Shown: positions 35,171-50,431 of the stretch, piece after piece
Position numbering within the stretch: position 1 is the stretch's first letter
Layout: the number at the start of each line of letters is the position of its first letter
From: Octopus sinensis
Lineage: Eukaryota
Direction: 5' to 3'
DNA length: 64,000 bases
Assembly (NCBI RefSeq): GCF_006345805.1
Contig: NC_042997.1
Location: 85,870,001 to 85,934,000 of the forward strand
Translations under genes and position numbers: made by a program
The notes under the pieces: model-generated
Seen by the model: the letters and a program-made list of their open reading frames with translations, nothing else
Database searches by the model: none
What the model was told of the DNA's origin: nothing

Positions 35171-37770
35171 TAAAAAAATATGGGATGGTCATAGTTGTAA
35201 CCCCTTCCATTATAGGCCTACTCAGTGAAGATTGAGCTGTGGTTAAACAACAATGTCAACAACAGCTTATTTACACTTGATGGACACTGTCATTGGAAGA
35301 GAGAAAGTGAAAGAGAGAGAGAGAGAGATATATGAACGGAAGGAAAGTTAAGCGTTTTTGCTATTTATACTCAATAGTATGTTTGTGACAGGATACAAGC
35401 TGACTGTCTTATTGACTTGGTCAGCTGTGGCTATGTGAGATCAATAATTTAAAAACAATACATGCCCTTCCTGGGAATAAAAAAATCCAAATGTAAAGGA
35501 AAACATTTCTAAAAATGATCATATGCTATTTAGGTTAATTTGCATATTACTGCAATATAATTTTTCCTATTGAATTATTGTAATTGATTTCTTGATTATC
35601 AAAGAGTTTTCACATTGACAATATAGCATTGTCTGCTTCTTAACAAATCAATAATGAAATGATATTTCCTTCTACATTGAATAGAGGAAATGTTGATAAT
35701 TCCGTTTTCTTTTCTATAATTCAAATTTCCAGTCAAAAAGATAAAAATAAAAATACAAAATTTTCAGTTGAAATTAGTTTGACTGAAAAACAATGATATC
35801 TTGAATTTTTCTTTATTCTATTTTTAAATTAGGTTAACAGAAACATTGACTGGCCAATTGAAATATTTAAAAGAAAGAAAATATATTAAAACAGAACAAG
35901 ATTTTTACATTTGAAATGATTTTTTTTTATATCTGGATATAATTTTTGTTAATCTTTTAATTCCTTTTTCATAACTTTTTATTTATTTTTGTTGTAACAG
36001 TATTCAGTTTATTTTATCGATACAACCTTTAACTTTACAATTTCATTTTTGGCCTCATCTATTTCTTCAATGTACTGCTAACTTGCAAATAAAAGGAGGA
36101 AAACAGAATTATTTTAATTTACAAGATATTAGTTCAAATAATGGTTTGATTTATTTGAGAACTTATCCATTTCAAACTTAGAGCTGCAGTTAGCTAAATC
36201 AGATGAACACCAGCATATCCACCTATAGGGCCAAATATTTATATCCCATATTTGGCAATATACTGTACCTTAGTGAAAGTCTCATAAACTTCAATGTCCC
36301 ATGGTATTCAGAGTTACTGCAGACTACAGTAAGCAGAAAAGGACTACAAATGACCCAGTTCATAGAAAAATGGATAACCAATCTAGAAGTTAGCCAATTA
36401 GACATTCATACCATATCACTGACCCTGCTTTATATCCATGGCTATGGGACTCAACTCTCCAGCTATCCACCTCACTTAATTATTTTTGCTAAGAGAAATC
36501 ATTAGCAGTTCTAAAAATGTAGATTTTCTAAGCTTGCCGAACTGATTTTAACTTTTTGCAGATATAGCTCAGGTAATAAAAATGAGATCTATGGAGCTCA
36601 GTCTTTAGCAGCTTTCTAGAACTTACCATCACCATTTGCAGCTTTGTTTTGGTTAGTTTTTAGCTTACATAACTCAGCTTGAACTCTCATCTGGGGAATG
36701 CCAGCATAATTTTTCTTGAATCCCAGGAAAATAAAGTCTCTAGTGATGTTTTAATAGATCAGTAATGACAAGAAATAGATTATTCTAATTTGAGTATCTA
36801 TATAATATTCTGCTTGTTCGTTAGCTTGTTATACCTTAGAGGTGGCAGTGAAGTGAATAAGAGGTGGAGTGATAGTGTGAGAAAGAGGGGACATGTGAAT
36901 AGGGAAGAAAGAAGAGAGGAGTATAATAATATACTAAGGCCAAATGCATCTTGTGGTTAGTTGAAAGGAGAAGTGAAGAACAAGAGAATAAGATGATGAG
37001 ACAAAAGAGAGAAAGAGAAATGTTAAAGATGTGCTGTAGTGTTGGGTGGGGGGAAAGGTAAAGAGAAAGATATATGTTTAGGACACAATGTTTAGCAGAG
37101 GGTGATGCTCTGGTGGTAAGATTAAAGAAAGGCAGATAGAGGGAGATGGACAGAGGAGGCAGTTACATTGAGAGAGAAAGAGAGAGGGGCAGGTAGCGTT
37201 TTTATTGTCAGAGTAAAGAGACATTGACAGCAAGAAGAAGTAGATATAAACAAACAGCTGAAATGAAATGAAATGAGCTTTGTTACTGAAAACTATAGTG
37301 ATGATGATGATGATGATGGTGGTGGTGTGTTGATAGTGAAAAGTTGTTTTCTTTATTGAACTTAATCTATAATATTCTTCTCTTTGTTTATTCACACTTT
37401 AAGCTTTAGTTTGTTAGAGAGGAGGAGATGAAGTGAGAGAGAGGAAGAGGGAATGTGAGAGTAAGTGAGAGGGCAGATAGCCAGCCAATGCATTATGCTG
37501 TTACTCATGTGGTTTGTGGAAGTGAGAGGTGAAGAAAAAGAGAGAAATGTTAAAGACATGAAGAGGAGAATTACATGGTTAAAAAGTTTGTTGAAGAGGT
37601 AGAGAGAAAGAGCGAAATATAAAGTGCTTAGCAGAGGGAAATTTTTAAATCATATAAATATATTATTGTGACTGGTAGTGGAATAACTTATAAAAATGCA
37701 AATCATCTTTTCTTTCTTAAATAACTTCTCTTAATCATTTTCATTCTGTGGAATTTCCATGGGTCCCACC

Positions 37771-37802
<32 letters not shown>

Positions 37803-39519
37803 ACTCATTCAAGGAAGGCTGTGGATTGATGGCCAGTAGAGTATTGGATAGAATGTATTGTAATAATTGTTTCAGATTTCTGTGTCCTGAGATCAAATCC
37901 TGCTAAGGTCACTGTCATCCTTTCAGGGTTGATATATAAAGTATCTGTTGAGTATTGGAGACCACTTCTTCTTTGTCTCTCTTTATCATTCTCTCAGAAC
38001 TGGCCATGATATGCAGCAAGTGTTTGTAATGTCAGAAAGGATAGAATACCTTATTGATATAACTGTAAATCTCCACAGATTTCAGAACAACTAGAACAAC
38101 TCACACTTTAAGAGTTGGTGACTGTAGAAAAGGCTGATACTTCATAGGGAAAGAATACTTTCATTTATTATTTTTTTTATCCTTTTCAACAATGGAGACT
38201 TGCTTGGCCTTAGATGATCATTGGCATCCATTGATATTGACATAAGAGAGAAAGGAAAATTAGCTGCAACATTCATGTGGTTCTCAAATGTATTTAATTG
38301 TAGTAAGTGAATTGAAATAACCATAACTAGGATCAAAATATATTTTAAGTTGTTCAACACATACCTGCATTATAAAAGGATATGGATAAGGATTAGGAGT
38401 CAATGTACAAGAAATGGTAGCCAAACCCTCCTCAAAACATGTCTTACTATGTTAAAAAGGAAGGTAATATTGGATGATATAGTTCAAGATATATTCTCTG
38501 GAGAAAAAAATTGGAGTGAAAGAGAAGATGGGTGTGACTAGAATGCTTTTGATTATAAATGTATTCAAGCATGATTGGCCTGGGGCTAAACAGCAACAGC
38601 AGGCATTAATGTTGATGATTATATTGATCGTGATGACAAGGTGATGATGTTAATGATGAAGATGCCATTAAGTACACTTCACTATCATCTTATGAACAAC
38701 TCAAATAAATTTCTTTTTTTGTTTAATTATAACAATTGTAATGTGTATATATATGTGTGTGAGTGCAGGTCAGACAAGTATGTTTAGAAATTAATCTTGC
38801 TTTCTTAGTGTTCTATGAACACATTGTTTGAAAACTGCTGTCTTAACTGAGGAGGTATTTTTTAGATTTCTTATAATTATATTTTATTTTTCTAAATACT
38901 TTTTCATATATACACGGTACACAATTATTTTTTCTCTTTCCTGCTCTATACTTTCTATGCAAACACTGAGTGATTATAATTTTTTAATTTCATTTTCATC
39001 TTTTTTTTTTTTTCTTTTGGTAAATGCATTATAGAATTTTTATTTTGAGAAATACATCCATCTTGATTGTTGTTAAGTTTTATATTTACATAAAGAATAT
39101 TACACAAAATCAATGTCAAATATTTCTCTTTTTTTTTTCAGAACAGGAAAAAATAGGATTTATCTTTTTATCTTTTATTTATTATTAGAGTTATTCTTGG
39201 AATATTTTCTTCACCATTGTTTTCTTATTATTTGTCTTCAATTATTGATCCTTAAGTTTATATATTTTCTTAAATTATATTTTATATGACACTAAAAGCT
39301 ATCGATTATCTGAAACTAATTATCAAATTTACAATGAAAGACTAAGCAAATTTGAACTGTAATGTTTCATATATTCTATATATATATATTTTAGTAATTT
39401 TTTTTGTTTTACTTAGGGCAATGACATTATATTTTTTTCTTGTTATTCTTTTATGTAAGGAAAAATTAAAGAATTTGAATTGACTATCATCCTCATCATC
39501 TTTACATATCTGTTCTCTT

Positions 39520-39890
39520 CTATATTTGCGCAAGCATAGTATCTCTCCACTTGTCGCTGTTCTTTGTCATCTCTTTCAGGATCTTCATGTGATCGATCTT
39601 CATCACTTCATTCCATGTCTTCTTCAGCCTTTCTTTTCTATAAATTTCAATCAGTTAGATTGCTTGACATCATCTTTCTCCATATCCATTACACATTACA
39701 TATCTATAAGGGCTCAATCTTTTCTCTTGTACACTACATCTGATTCCTTTTATAGACAGTTTTTCTCTCAGTTCATTTTGCTTCCATTGGTCATTCACAT
39801 TAATATTACAAATCCAGTTGAATATGCATACCTCATTTCTTTCCACCATTCACACATCCTCTGCATTAAATGCCCGTTTCCTACATCACT
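39520..39890 (-). pseudogene. RTE LINE ORF C-terminal fragment
   Basis: Minus strand reads AFNAEDV*MVERNEVCIFNWICNINV..ELREKLSIKGIRCSVQEKRL..KKTWNEVMKID..DKWRDTML, homologous to 1-429. Confidence 0.75.
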
Positions 39891-41612
39891 ACAGTTTGTA
39901 CAATATTTATCAAGCAATAAGTATTTTAACCCTTTTGCTATCATATTTATGCTGAAATACATTGTCTTTGTTTCAATTGATTTTGAAAATAAAGAATTTA
40001 GTAAAAGAACTTTCTCATTATCAAACTGATGTTTGGAACATAAACTGACATGAAATTTTGATAAAAGGTTTTAATTTAGATGACTTTAAGACAGGAAACT
40101 TGTATCATAGAACTGTGGTTTGTATTAAATAGTTTAAGACCATTTTCCTTGTTAAAATGTGTATTGGCTTTGTGAGTTCTATGATAATATTTTTTTTATT
40201 ATAGTTGCTGCAGTTCCCCCTTTTAAGGCAGTGTTTTACAGTCAGATGCCCTTTTTGACATCAGCTCTTTTAATCAGTTCATATGACATGGAGATATGGT
40301 TTATTTATTCTAAAATCAAGATACTCCATACATAAGCATCATATAATCTACTCTCCACTTGGACAGTGGGTTTGTTTGCTATCAGCAAATGTGATAGTCC
40401 TTTGAACTTTTTCCACCCTGTTTTTGCTCTGGTAATTGTTTTCAAAACACTAACTTACCTCCCTTACTGGTAACAGAAGCTCAACTACTTTAAGAATATT
40501 CTGCATATTTACAGGAATTCATTTCACAGGTGTTGTTACTGTTAACACTTCTTGTGCATATCTTATTTACGAAGACATCCTTCTTTGCCTGCCTTTCTTT
40601 CATTCTCTTGTACTTCTTGTGAATCCCTAGCTTATTTACATTGGGTACATCATCATCATCGTCATCATCATTTAATGTCTATGTTCCATGCTGGCACAAA
40701 TCGGATGGTTTGACAAGATCTGATAGGTCCAAGGACCATGTCATGCTCCAGTGTCTTCTGTGGCATGGTTTCTATGACAGAATGTTCTTTGTAAAGCCCT
40801 GGGTGCTTTATTTTGAGCCTCCTGCACTTGTTGGATCACCATGCAGCTCTCATGCAATGTATGAATATAGAAGGGCAAAAACAACTATTGTCTTTAGAAA
40901 CTAGTGGTGGCTACAGCCAGGAAAAAAAAAGACTCAATAAAATTTGCAAAATTGAAATATGTCATACACTGTGAAAAAGGTGAATGCTAATATTTCTAAG
41001 AGAGACCTACTTCAGAGATGAGGTGGAGAGATATGTATTAGATGTCTGTAAATGATGTGGAATTTATGTAAGAAAAAATGAGAGAAGGATGAGACCATCA
41101 GAAAGTGTTGATGGTGAAAGGTCACAGGTCAGAACAATTTAGTGAAAAAACAGAGAATTAAAATATCTGAAGAGTTTCTGTGCATAGAAACATATATATG
41201 CAACAAACATGTGTATTCATTATATACTTACACATGCAATTGTGGAGAAGATAAAGAGTTAAATGGATTAAGATACAAGATAATAGTCATATATTTGCAT
41301 ACAAACTGAAACACTTAAACATAAGTGTAGGTTTAGGCATTTACACATACGCACATAAGCTTTATATATTGTGTGTGTGTATGTCTATACATATATGTGA
41401 GTATATGCATACATGTATATATGTATATGCATGTGTATATCAACTAGTGACATATAGTGATTGTTAACAGAAAGTGTGCTATGGTGCTGAACTTACTAAA
41501 TTGGTGTAAGTATAAACTTAGAAATATATTTCATCTTCAACCTGACTTGATCATTGTTTCTGAACGTGTATTACTAGATTTGGGAACAAATTAGCACCAG
41601 ATATCACAATAA

Positions 41613-42003
41613 TACTCTCTTTTACTCTCTTTTACTTGTTTCAGTCAATTGACTGTGGCCATGCTGGAGCACCGCCTTTAGTCGAGCAAATTGACCCCAG
41701 GAATTATTCTTTGTAAGCCTAGTACTTATTCTATCGGTCTCTTTTGCCAAACTGCTAAGTTACAGGACATAGACACATGAGCATTGGTTGTCAAGCGATG
41801 TTGGGACGGACAAACACAAACACACACACGTATATATATACATATATACGACAGGCTTCTTTCAGTTTCCATCAACCAAATCCACTCACAAAGTTTTGGT
41901 CAGCCCAAGGCTATAGTAGAAGACACTTGCCCAAGGTGCCACACAGTAGAACTGAACCCGAAACCATGTGGTTGGTAAGCAAGCTACTTACCACACAGCC
42001 ATC
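41613..42003 (-). mobile_element. tRNA-derived SINE, family A (full length)
   Basis: Near-complete reverse complement of the 2213/2841 copies. Confidence 0.85.
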
Positions 42004-42613
42004 CTAAAAGTTTATCATCTTTGAATGGATGTAAAGTACTGATATCCCACTGTCCTAGGAAAGAACATGTTGTATGATGAGGCCCTAGGTTTCTTTCATG
42101 TAGGAAAAAAGTTGAGCTGATCATGACTGGAATATCTTTGATCATGCATTTACTTAGTCAGAGTTCACCTACAGTAAAAAAACAACATGAACAACAAGTT
42201 TCTGCCCTGCATAAGAAGTTTCTATCTTCCACAAGTTTTCAGAGGAAGAGTACAGCAGATTGAATCAAATCTCAGTATTATAACTTCTGATATTATATAC
42301 AAGTAGAACTGAAGCTGTAGAATTTGAAATAAAAAAATAAAAAAGCAAAAAACAGATGCTGAAATAAAAAGCAAAAAACATATGCTGAAAATATTTTAGC
42401 CAGCATTCCACCATTTCTAGGACTCCACTAACCTAATTTTCCTTTTTCTATTTTGATATATAATTTCATAACATTATTTCACACACACACACACATACAC
42501 ACACATGAAGCCAACTTGTGACCAAGTTCCTAAACTTCCTAAACTCAGTAAGTCTGTGCAAGCATTCCTAGAGTCCAAGAAGTTCCCATGTATGAATTTG
42601 TTTTGAGTGGATA

Positions 42614-42940
42614 AAGTGTTGCACAACCTTGCACCTTTTCAGTGCAATCAGCTATAAAGCAGTTTTATTCTGGTGGACCCCCATAGCCATTCAATGTTTA
42701 CAGTCTAGTTTTATAGAAACTTCTTTCAAAATTCCTATTTTGTTTTTCGTACATTAACCTGTGTTCACTATGTAAAATGTTAAAGAAAGAAACAGCTGTT
42801 TCTTACAATACATACCAATACATACATCTAAAGTAAAATTTTTCAAGGGCCCTTAAAATACTATTGTGAATCCCCAGTTTACTGTTTTGTTGTGTGAACC
42901 CCAACAAAAATTGTATATGGACCCTGGTTGAGAACCACTG
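42614..42940. mobile_element. Possible hAT-type MITE
   Basis: Right end ggttgagaaccactg is the reverse complement of cagtggttctcaacc. Left end is an 11/15 match, with subterminal tggaccc motifs. No 8-bp target-site duplication seen. Confidence 0.4.
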
Positions 42941-45900
42941 GTTTAGGGGGATAAAGAATGTAATATTGTGATGTTTATGCCTTCCCCAAGTGTATTAGTA
43001 GCCAAAGAAAAAGAAAAAAAAACCTTAAGTGATCTTAAATCTAAAGGGAATATAAACTAGATCATGATCTATGCTTGCTGCTAGCTTACAATTTATTCTG
43101 CAGCACCCATCATCTCTGATGATATTTATTGAAACTGAATACGATTATTCCCATTACAGAAATGTATATTAATATTTTTTATGACTATGGATAATTTTAT
43201 ATATATATATATCATTATTTTGTGTTTATTATGTCTAGATTCTTTCTCAGTTTTAGAATCACTGAATTTGATTGATAACATTTAGTATATATTGTTCTTG
43301 GTATTTTCTTTAAAGTTTTTCTCTTATGTTCTCTTCGACTTTAGCCAATCTTCGTATGGCCTTCTATGCTTCTGATTTGGACTGCCAATAACCTATAACA
43401 TAGGTTATTGAATTCTCTTTGTGCATTCTCATTATAACCTTTTCACTCTTTTTCTCATACGCACTTCAAGTTTTGTTGTCTATTCGGCAGAGCGTTTTAA
43501 AATCTTTTCTTTGAATTTATGTTTTGTGGCCAGTAATTCACACTTATCTCATATTCTGCTTCAGTATTGTGGTTTTTTATACTCAACAAATAAACTTAAT
43601 AAGGCATAATGGATGGATGGAAGGAGAGAAGGATAACTGAAGTACTTAACAAGACACAGATCTCTACTAGTTTTAGGTTGATTAAATACAAGTTCTGTTT
43701 ATTCTGTGGTCAGTACTAGGAAGGGCATTCAATAGTGAATGCAGTAAAACACAAACACACACACACAAGCACACAAATATACATGCACACAAACACACAC
43801 ACACATAAGCACACAAACACACATACACACATAGAAACACAGACACATATACACATTTAGAAAGAGAAAGAGAGAGAAGTTGCACACATGAAAGCTTAAT
43901 GCAATAAATGTACATGAGTAAATAGAAACAAAATGTGTTAAGACTTATTTTGAAGACTTCTTTTCATAATTTTGATTCTGTAGAGTAGTGTTTCTAATAT
44001 ACCAGGACCAGTTAACTATATTTTTCTAGTAGCAGACATTGATTTGGTGTGTTGTATATTGTCAAAAGAAAACACTATTGCCTTAGTCAGCATCATCATT
44101 ATTATCTTCAGCCTTCAATTTATCCATTCTATCACCAAAACAGGTGGATGTCCAATATAATTTTGACTCATTCATGAAACCTCAGTTCTTTGTCCAAAAT
44201 CTTTTGAGAAAGGTTAATCATCACAACATTTCATTTCCCCACCTCTCCTCTGATCAACGCTTATTAAAACCACTAAAATGGAGAGCCGGCAGAATCATTA
44301 GGATACCGGACAAAATGCTTAGCAGTGTTCCCTCTGGCTTTATGTTCTGAGTTCAAATTCCTCTAAGGTCAACTTCACCTTTCATCCTTTTAGGGTTGAT
44401 AGAATAAGTACCAGTTGAGCACTGGGGTTGATGTAATTGACTCCTCATCCCACTAAAACATTGCTGGCCTTGTACCAAAATTAGAATTATTTAAGACAAC
44501 TAAAAATACTAACCAAATTTCTCTAAGATTATACCTTAAGCTCATAGAAATCTTTGAATAAAAAAGTCTTTATTAATGTGAGAAAATGCATACTTTCTGA
44601 GTCAAAGTGGTCATATATGGAATGCTTTTGATCATAGGTTTGTTCAGTTGGGTCTGAATGGAGTTAAACAACAATAATGAATAAATTTATTTCTTCTTTT
44701 TTGTTGCTGTTTAACCCTAATTCACCCCTAATCATCAAACCTATCATAAAAGACATTCCATACATGACCATCACATTTTTTCCCAATGTGCAGGGAATCT
44801 ATACCACATTATCAACATGTTTTTCCCTAAAATGCTAGTGTGTGATTTGAGGGAGATTTGGCTGCTAGTTCTAGCAACCATGTAGAGTCTCTCTTGTTTA
44901 CCTGAAATGATAGCAGAATGAAAGAAATGATCAACCACTAAATCATTTGACTGTAGCCATACTGGGACACCATGTTGAGGGGCTTTAGTTGGACAAATTG
45001 ACCCCTAATACTTAGTTTTTCTTTAAAGTTTGCTACTTATTCTAGCAATCTTTTTTGCGAAACCTCTAAGTTATGGGGATATAAACAAAACAACATCGAA
45101 CACAATCACAAAGACACACACACAAGCAAATGACAAGCTTCTTTCAGTTTCTGTCTGCCAAATCCACTCACAATGTTTTGGTTGGATCAGTGCTATAGTA
45201 GAAGACCGACAATCATCCTTGTCATCACATATCTCTTCTCTTCTTTATAGTTGCATGAGTATAGCATCTCTCCACTTGATGCTGTTCTTTGTCAACTCCT
45301 TCAGGGTCTTCATGTAATCAGTCTTCATCATAAGGTACCACACAGTGGGACTGAACCAGGAGCCATGTGGTCAAGAAGCAAGATCCTTACCACACATCCA
45401 CACTTGCTCCTCTTTATATTATGCACTTTATGTTTATTTCATTGTAATATAGATAAAAAAAAATATTTAAAAAAAGACAGGAATTCAGTGCCCATATTAT
45501 TGTGGGCTTAATTTATTGGCACATGTAAAAACTGTGACTTGCACAAGTGTGGAAAAGAGGCACTAATAGAAGTGGTATTTTTCAAAATAAAGCATTCTTC
45601 AGGCTGCAATATCCAATAAACTAAAAATGAAATTTGAATGCTTGTTTTTTTTGCTTCGGTGTGACCCAGTACAAATGATCCATGGTTGGGGATCCCCAAT
45701 CAAAAGAATTCCAACAATCATCAACTTTTCTTTCTCTTGGGTATTGCCTTTTTTAAAACTACATTATGCAATGTCTTTCTCTCTCTTCAAGATGCTGTAG
45801 GGTAATTTGAGAGAGATTTGGGCTGCTATTTTTAGCAATTTGAGCGACCAGGTAGAGGCTGTCTTATTAGCAGGCATTGTAGATATTGATGGTAGACTTC

Positions 45901-48900
45901 TGGTGGACAGAGTGTTTGAAGCAAGCACAATTCTCAGTTGTGGTTTTTCATTAACTCTGCTAATACTCCTGGGAAAGACACAAATATTGCAAGTTCTATT
46001 ACATTTTCCCACTGAATTGTATATGTCTGATAATCAATTGATGGATTCTTTTGATCATGAAAGGTCGTGCACTTTTTGAAAATACATATTATTTTAATCA
46101 GGAACTCATTCTGTAGCTAAAATTGTGAAATCTCAGGAAACTTTCCATTCATATTACTTTGATAACATATTACTTATTTAGTAAGAAGGAAAAAAATGGT
46201 GTTCCCTACAACACACACACACACATACACATACACACACACACACTTTGTTGTATCATAAGAGGGTCCTTGTGCCAATAATATATAATAGAATATAATA
46301 TATATTAATATATATATATATATATATAACATCATCATCATCATCATCATCATCATTGTCATCATCAACCTTGAACGTCTGTTTTCTATGCTGGCATAGG
46401 TTGGACAGCTTGATAGGAACTGGCAAAGCCAGGGGTCACATCAGGTTCCATAGTCTGTTTTGCCTTGGCTTCTATGGCTGGATGCCCTTCCTAATGCCAA
46501 CCGCTTTAAGTACTGGGTGCTTTTTATGTGGCACCAGCACTTTTTACATGGCACCAGCACCAGAGCTTTCTATAAGGCTTTAGCACCCACATATATCTCA
46601 CACACATACAAAACCATATATTTGAGGGGATTCCATTAATTGTTATCTTCATTGTCATCATAAATATTATCATCACCATTTTTTATTGTAACCATCACAA
46701 TTAGCTTTGTCAACATGACCTTCAAAATCAATATTATCCTCCACTCTAACCATCATCATCATCACTATTGTCATCATCACCATCATTGTCATTGTTATTT
46801 TCATCATCATCCTTATGCTTTCTGTCACCACTGCTATTGTTCATTTCTTTTCCAAAATGCAAGTTTTTGATTTCATATCATTTTCACAATTCTGTGATCA
46901 CATATTCTTTTTATTGTTAAAAAAAAGAACTAACAATAATAAGAATATGCTATCAGTGCTATGAAAAGCAACTCTTTCTCTCTGGGAGAGTTTTCAAATA
47001 TGCTTTATGCAATTTTCAAGAATGGATGAACTTTAAAAAAGAAACAACTTTTTTTGGCATTTGATTTGATTCAAAAATAACTCACTATGTTATTGAATAT
47101 TAAATATCATTTTCTCTATTTTTATTATTTTTTTATATCCTCATGAAACTAGCATCAAAACATATTGTTCCTTTGAATTGCACTAGCTTACCCAAGTATT
47201 TTATTGAAAAATTATGTTTCCATGGTAGACAAGGGCCTCACATTGCTGGTTCTTACTTCTCTTTAGACTTTTCTTGTATTAAACAGATATGAGATAAATC
47301 TTTAGTTTTCAGCATTAAGCCAATAATAGATAACTCTTTCAGAGAAAAGACTTATATATTTTTTTTTTTTTGCTTGTAACCATTTTACCATTTTTGCCAA
47401 AAAATTCATTTATATTTTCTCAAATATAATAGCTCAAACTATTCCCTCATTTGCTCTGGGAAAAAATAATAAATGAGACTATTGACTCTTTCACTGTGCA
47501 AAATATATTTGCATTCTCATGTGAGAAACAATATCAAGATATCCAGCAGTGATTGAGTATTGTTTATCAAGTTTCAACAGTATATAATGGCAAAGAGCAT
47601 AACCACTGCTCTGACTAGCACAATCATCATCATCATCATCATTTTAAGCGCCCACTTTTCCATGCCTGCATAAGTTAAATGAAGTTTATTGATGCAAATT
47701 ATTTTCTGCAGATGGATGCACTTCTTGTCTCCTAACCTCACTTTTTTACAGTATTTTTCAACAATTATTAATACTGAGAGCTAATATTCATCACCATTTA
47801 AATGAGGATGTTCTGTTAGAACAAACTATACTGCAGTAGATACCATAAGAAAAACTCTGATGTTGGCTTTTAGTGCAAAATGCACATTTGTTTATATCAC
47901 TAGTGGGGAGATAAATCTGCGCCATCTCTTGTACTGAGATCTCTTGATTATGTGATTTCAAACTTTCTTGGTCTTATTAGTGATAAATGCTCGGCTGCTA
48001 GAGATAGCAGCGATTCATTTCCCTGATAACAATATATAGAAAAACAGAGCTAGTGTTGCAATTAGCCAATGAGCTTGTTAAAAAATATATATTAGTAACA
48101 AAGGCAGTATCAAATACTGAGAGATAATATTTATCCCCACTTAAATGTAGACATTACACAGTATACTTGGTGTGTTTAATCAAGGCACCAGTACTAGGTG
48201 GTTTTTCATGTTCTTAACATGATTAAAGGTTCCTCTCAAACCCACATGTTTTCTGCTTATTTGCCAATCACTTTGCATAGTGCTACAAGTGCATTTTTAT
48301 ATTAGTACTGGCCTGTGAGAAGTGTCATGCTCCTTGACAAGGATTTACTTGACCCCATATTGTCTCCACTCATTTGCTAACCACTTTAATGTATGTAGGT
48401 AAGTAGGTTGGTATGTATGTATATATATATATATACATACATACATATATAAATAATCATCATCATCATGTCTACCTTTCCATGCTTTCATGTGTTGGTC
48501 GGAGTTTTATTGAGGCAGATTTCCAATGGCCAGATGCGCTTCTTGTTGTCAACACTTGCCTGTTTCCAAGTGAGGTAATATTTCCTTGTGGCCAGACATG
48601 TTCTAATAGAATACTGAAAACGAATAACACTGCCCGTATGACAGTGACAATAATTTTACAACTATCATGCAATATCAAGATAAAGACACACAAACACATC
48701 ACAGGAACACGTGTGACAGGTTTCTTTCAACTTACATCTATCAAGTCCACTCACCAAAATTTGGTTGACTCTGGGCTATAGTAGAACACACTTGTCCAAG
48801 GTGCCATGCAATGAGATTTAAACCTGGAACCATGCAAACCAGGCTCATATGAATGCTTTGAGCTTTTGTTTTCGATGCAAATAATGATTACTATCCAAAG

Positions 48901-49663
48901 ATCAGCATTCTAGAAGTGTGTTTTAAAAATTGTTTACTTACATCAGAGGAGACGTGCATAGTTATAGACTAATTCTTATACACATGTTATTGATGTATTC
49001 ATTGAAAAATCTCTTGTAATTACTAATAATGCATGATTGGTTGCGGCACTTTGTGAAGCCTTCAACACCTTTTAACAAGTCTTCTTGCAGATTTTCTTTC
49101 TTTCCATATTTTTTTAACATCTTTCATAGCCTATCATTTCTTATGATTACAAAAGCAGAAAAAAAAAGATGTATTTAAAATAAAATGATTAATTGAAAAA
49201 GGAAAAAATAAGGACTAAATAGAAAAGAATTACAAGAAAACAAGATTTTAATTAAAATAATTATGTAATTGGTTTTAATTTACTTTTGGTCTAATTACAT
49301 TTCTTTTACCTAGAGTATTCGCTTACATCATCAGTGGTGGTGGAGTGGGGTTGAAAGGTGGTGGTTATGATGGTGTTGTTGGTGGTGTTGCTGGTGTTGG
49401 CAGTGGTGGTGTTGGTGGTGGTGGTGGTGCTCTTCCTACTTTCATTAGCATTATTATTATTTTCTTATTCTCCCACATCTATCTATTTGCACTTACTTTG
49501 TAAAGATAGTTTTTCAGGAAGTGGTTTAATTAAAAGTTCTTACATAGATCCACAAATGCTCACAAATGTTATTTATGCATGTAGATATTCAAATATACAC
49601 ACATCATTACATATAGTCACACAAACTCACATGTATTTGTGTGTGTGTGTGTAGAGAGAGAGA

Positions 49664-50030
49664 GGCACAGGTGCAGCTGTCTGGTAAGAAGTTTGCTTTC
49701 CAACCACATGGTTCCATGTTCAGTCTCACTGCATGGCAGCTTGGGCACGTGTCTTCTACTATAGCCTTGGGGCAACCAAAGCCTTTTGAGTTAATTTGGT
49801 AGACAGAAACTGGATAGAATGTGTGTGTGTGTTTGTGTCTATGTTTGCTCCACCACCACCACCACTGCTTGCCAACCAATGTTGATGTATTTACAATCCC
49901 ATAACTTAGCAGCTTATCAAAACAGATCGATAAAATAAGTACCAGTCATAAGAAAAAAGTACTAGGTTCAAGGCGGTGCCCTAGCACGGCTCCAGTTTAA
50001 TGAATGGAATAAGTAAAAAATAAAAGATAA
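49664..50030 (+). mobile_element. tRNA-derived SINE, family A
   Basis: Head, body and tail modules as in the other copies. Confidence 0.75.
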
Positions 50031-50431
50031 AAATGATATATGTACACGCATGCATGCACACACATACACACACATAAATATATATATATAAGAGGAATAA
50101 GGTATTTCAAATACGATACAAGATAAATTTTTGGTTTGTTGAAAGTATCTTCTCTGCTAGAGAAGAATAAACAAATACCTCATGGCAATTGCCATTAGCT
50201 CCATATGAGAGTTGGCAATAATCTAAAGAATCCTCTGAAATTGACATGCGACCAAAGAAAGACACTCTGATTATCTGAAGACAGAGAGACAGCTGTAAGC
50301 ACGTTTCTGCCTTAACAGATGCAATCAATTCAGCAGTTGCCCAACCTTTAAAAGATGTAGATTGGAGAATTTTGTAAATCCAGCAGTATTTCTTTGCTAC
50401 ACGAGATAATCCAGGAGAGGGCAAACAGAAA

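Noticed and set aside
36180-36740. Unique higher-complexity stretch with minus-strand splice-like signals, an open 113-nt candidate exon (36739-36627, DFIFLGFKKNYAGIPQMRVQAELCKLK) and a 100-aa plus-strand ORF
   Set aside because: Weak acceptor, the next candidate exon has stops in all frames, and I recognise no protein family. RNA-seq or BLASTx would be needed to revive it.
39526-40029. 167-aa plus-strand ORF
   Set aside because: Antisense shadow of a decayed RTE C-terminus.
48940-49125. About 52-aa minus-strand open frame near a GTAAGT donor-like site
   Set aside because: Stops before the donor and has no recognisable homology.
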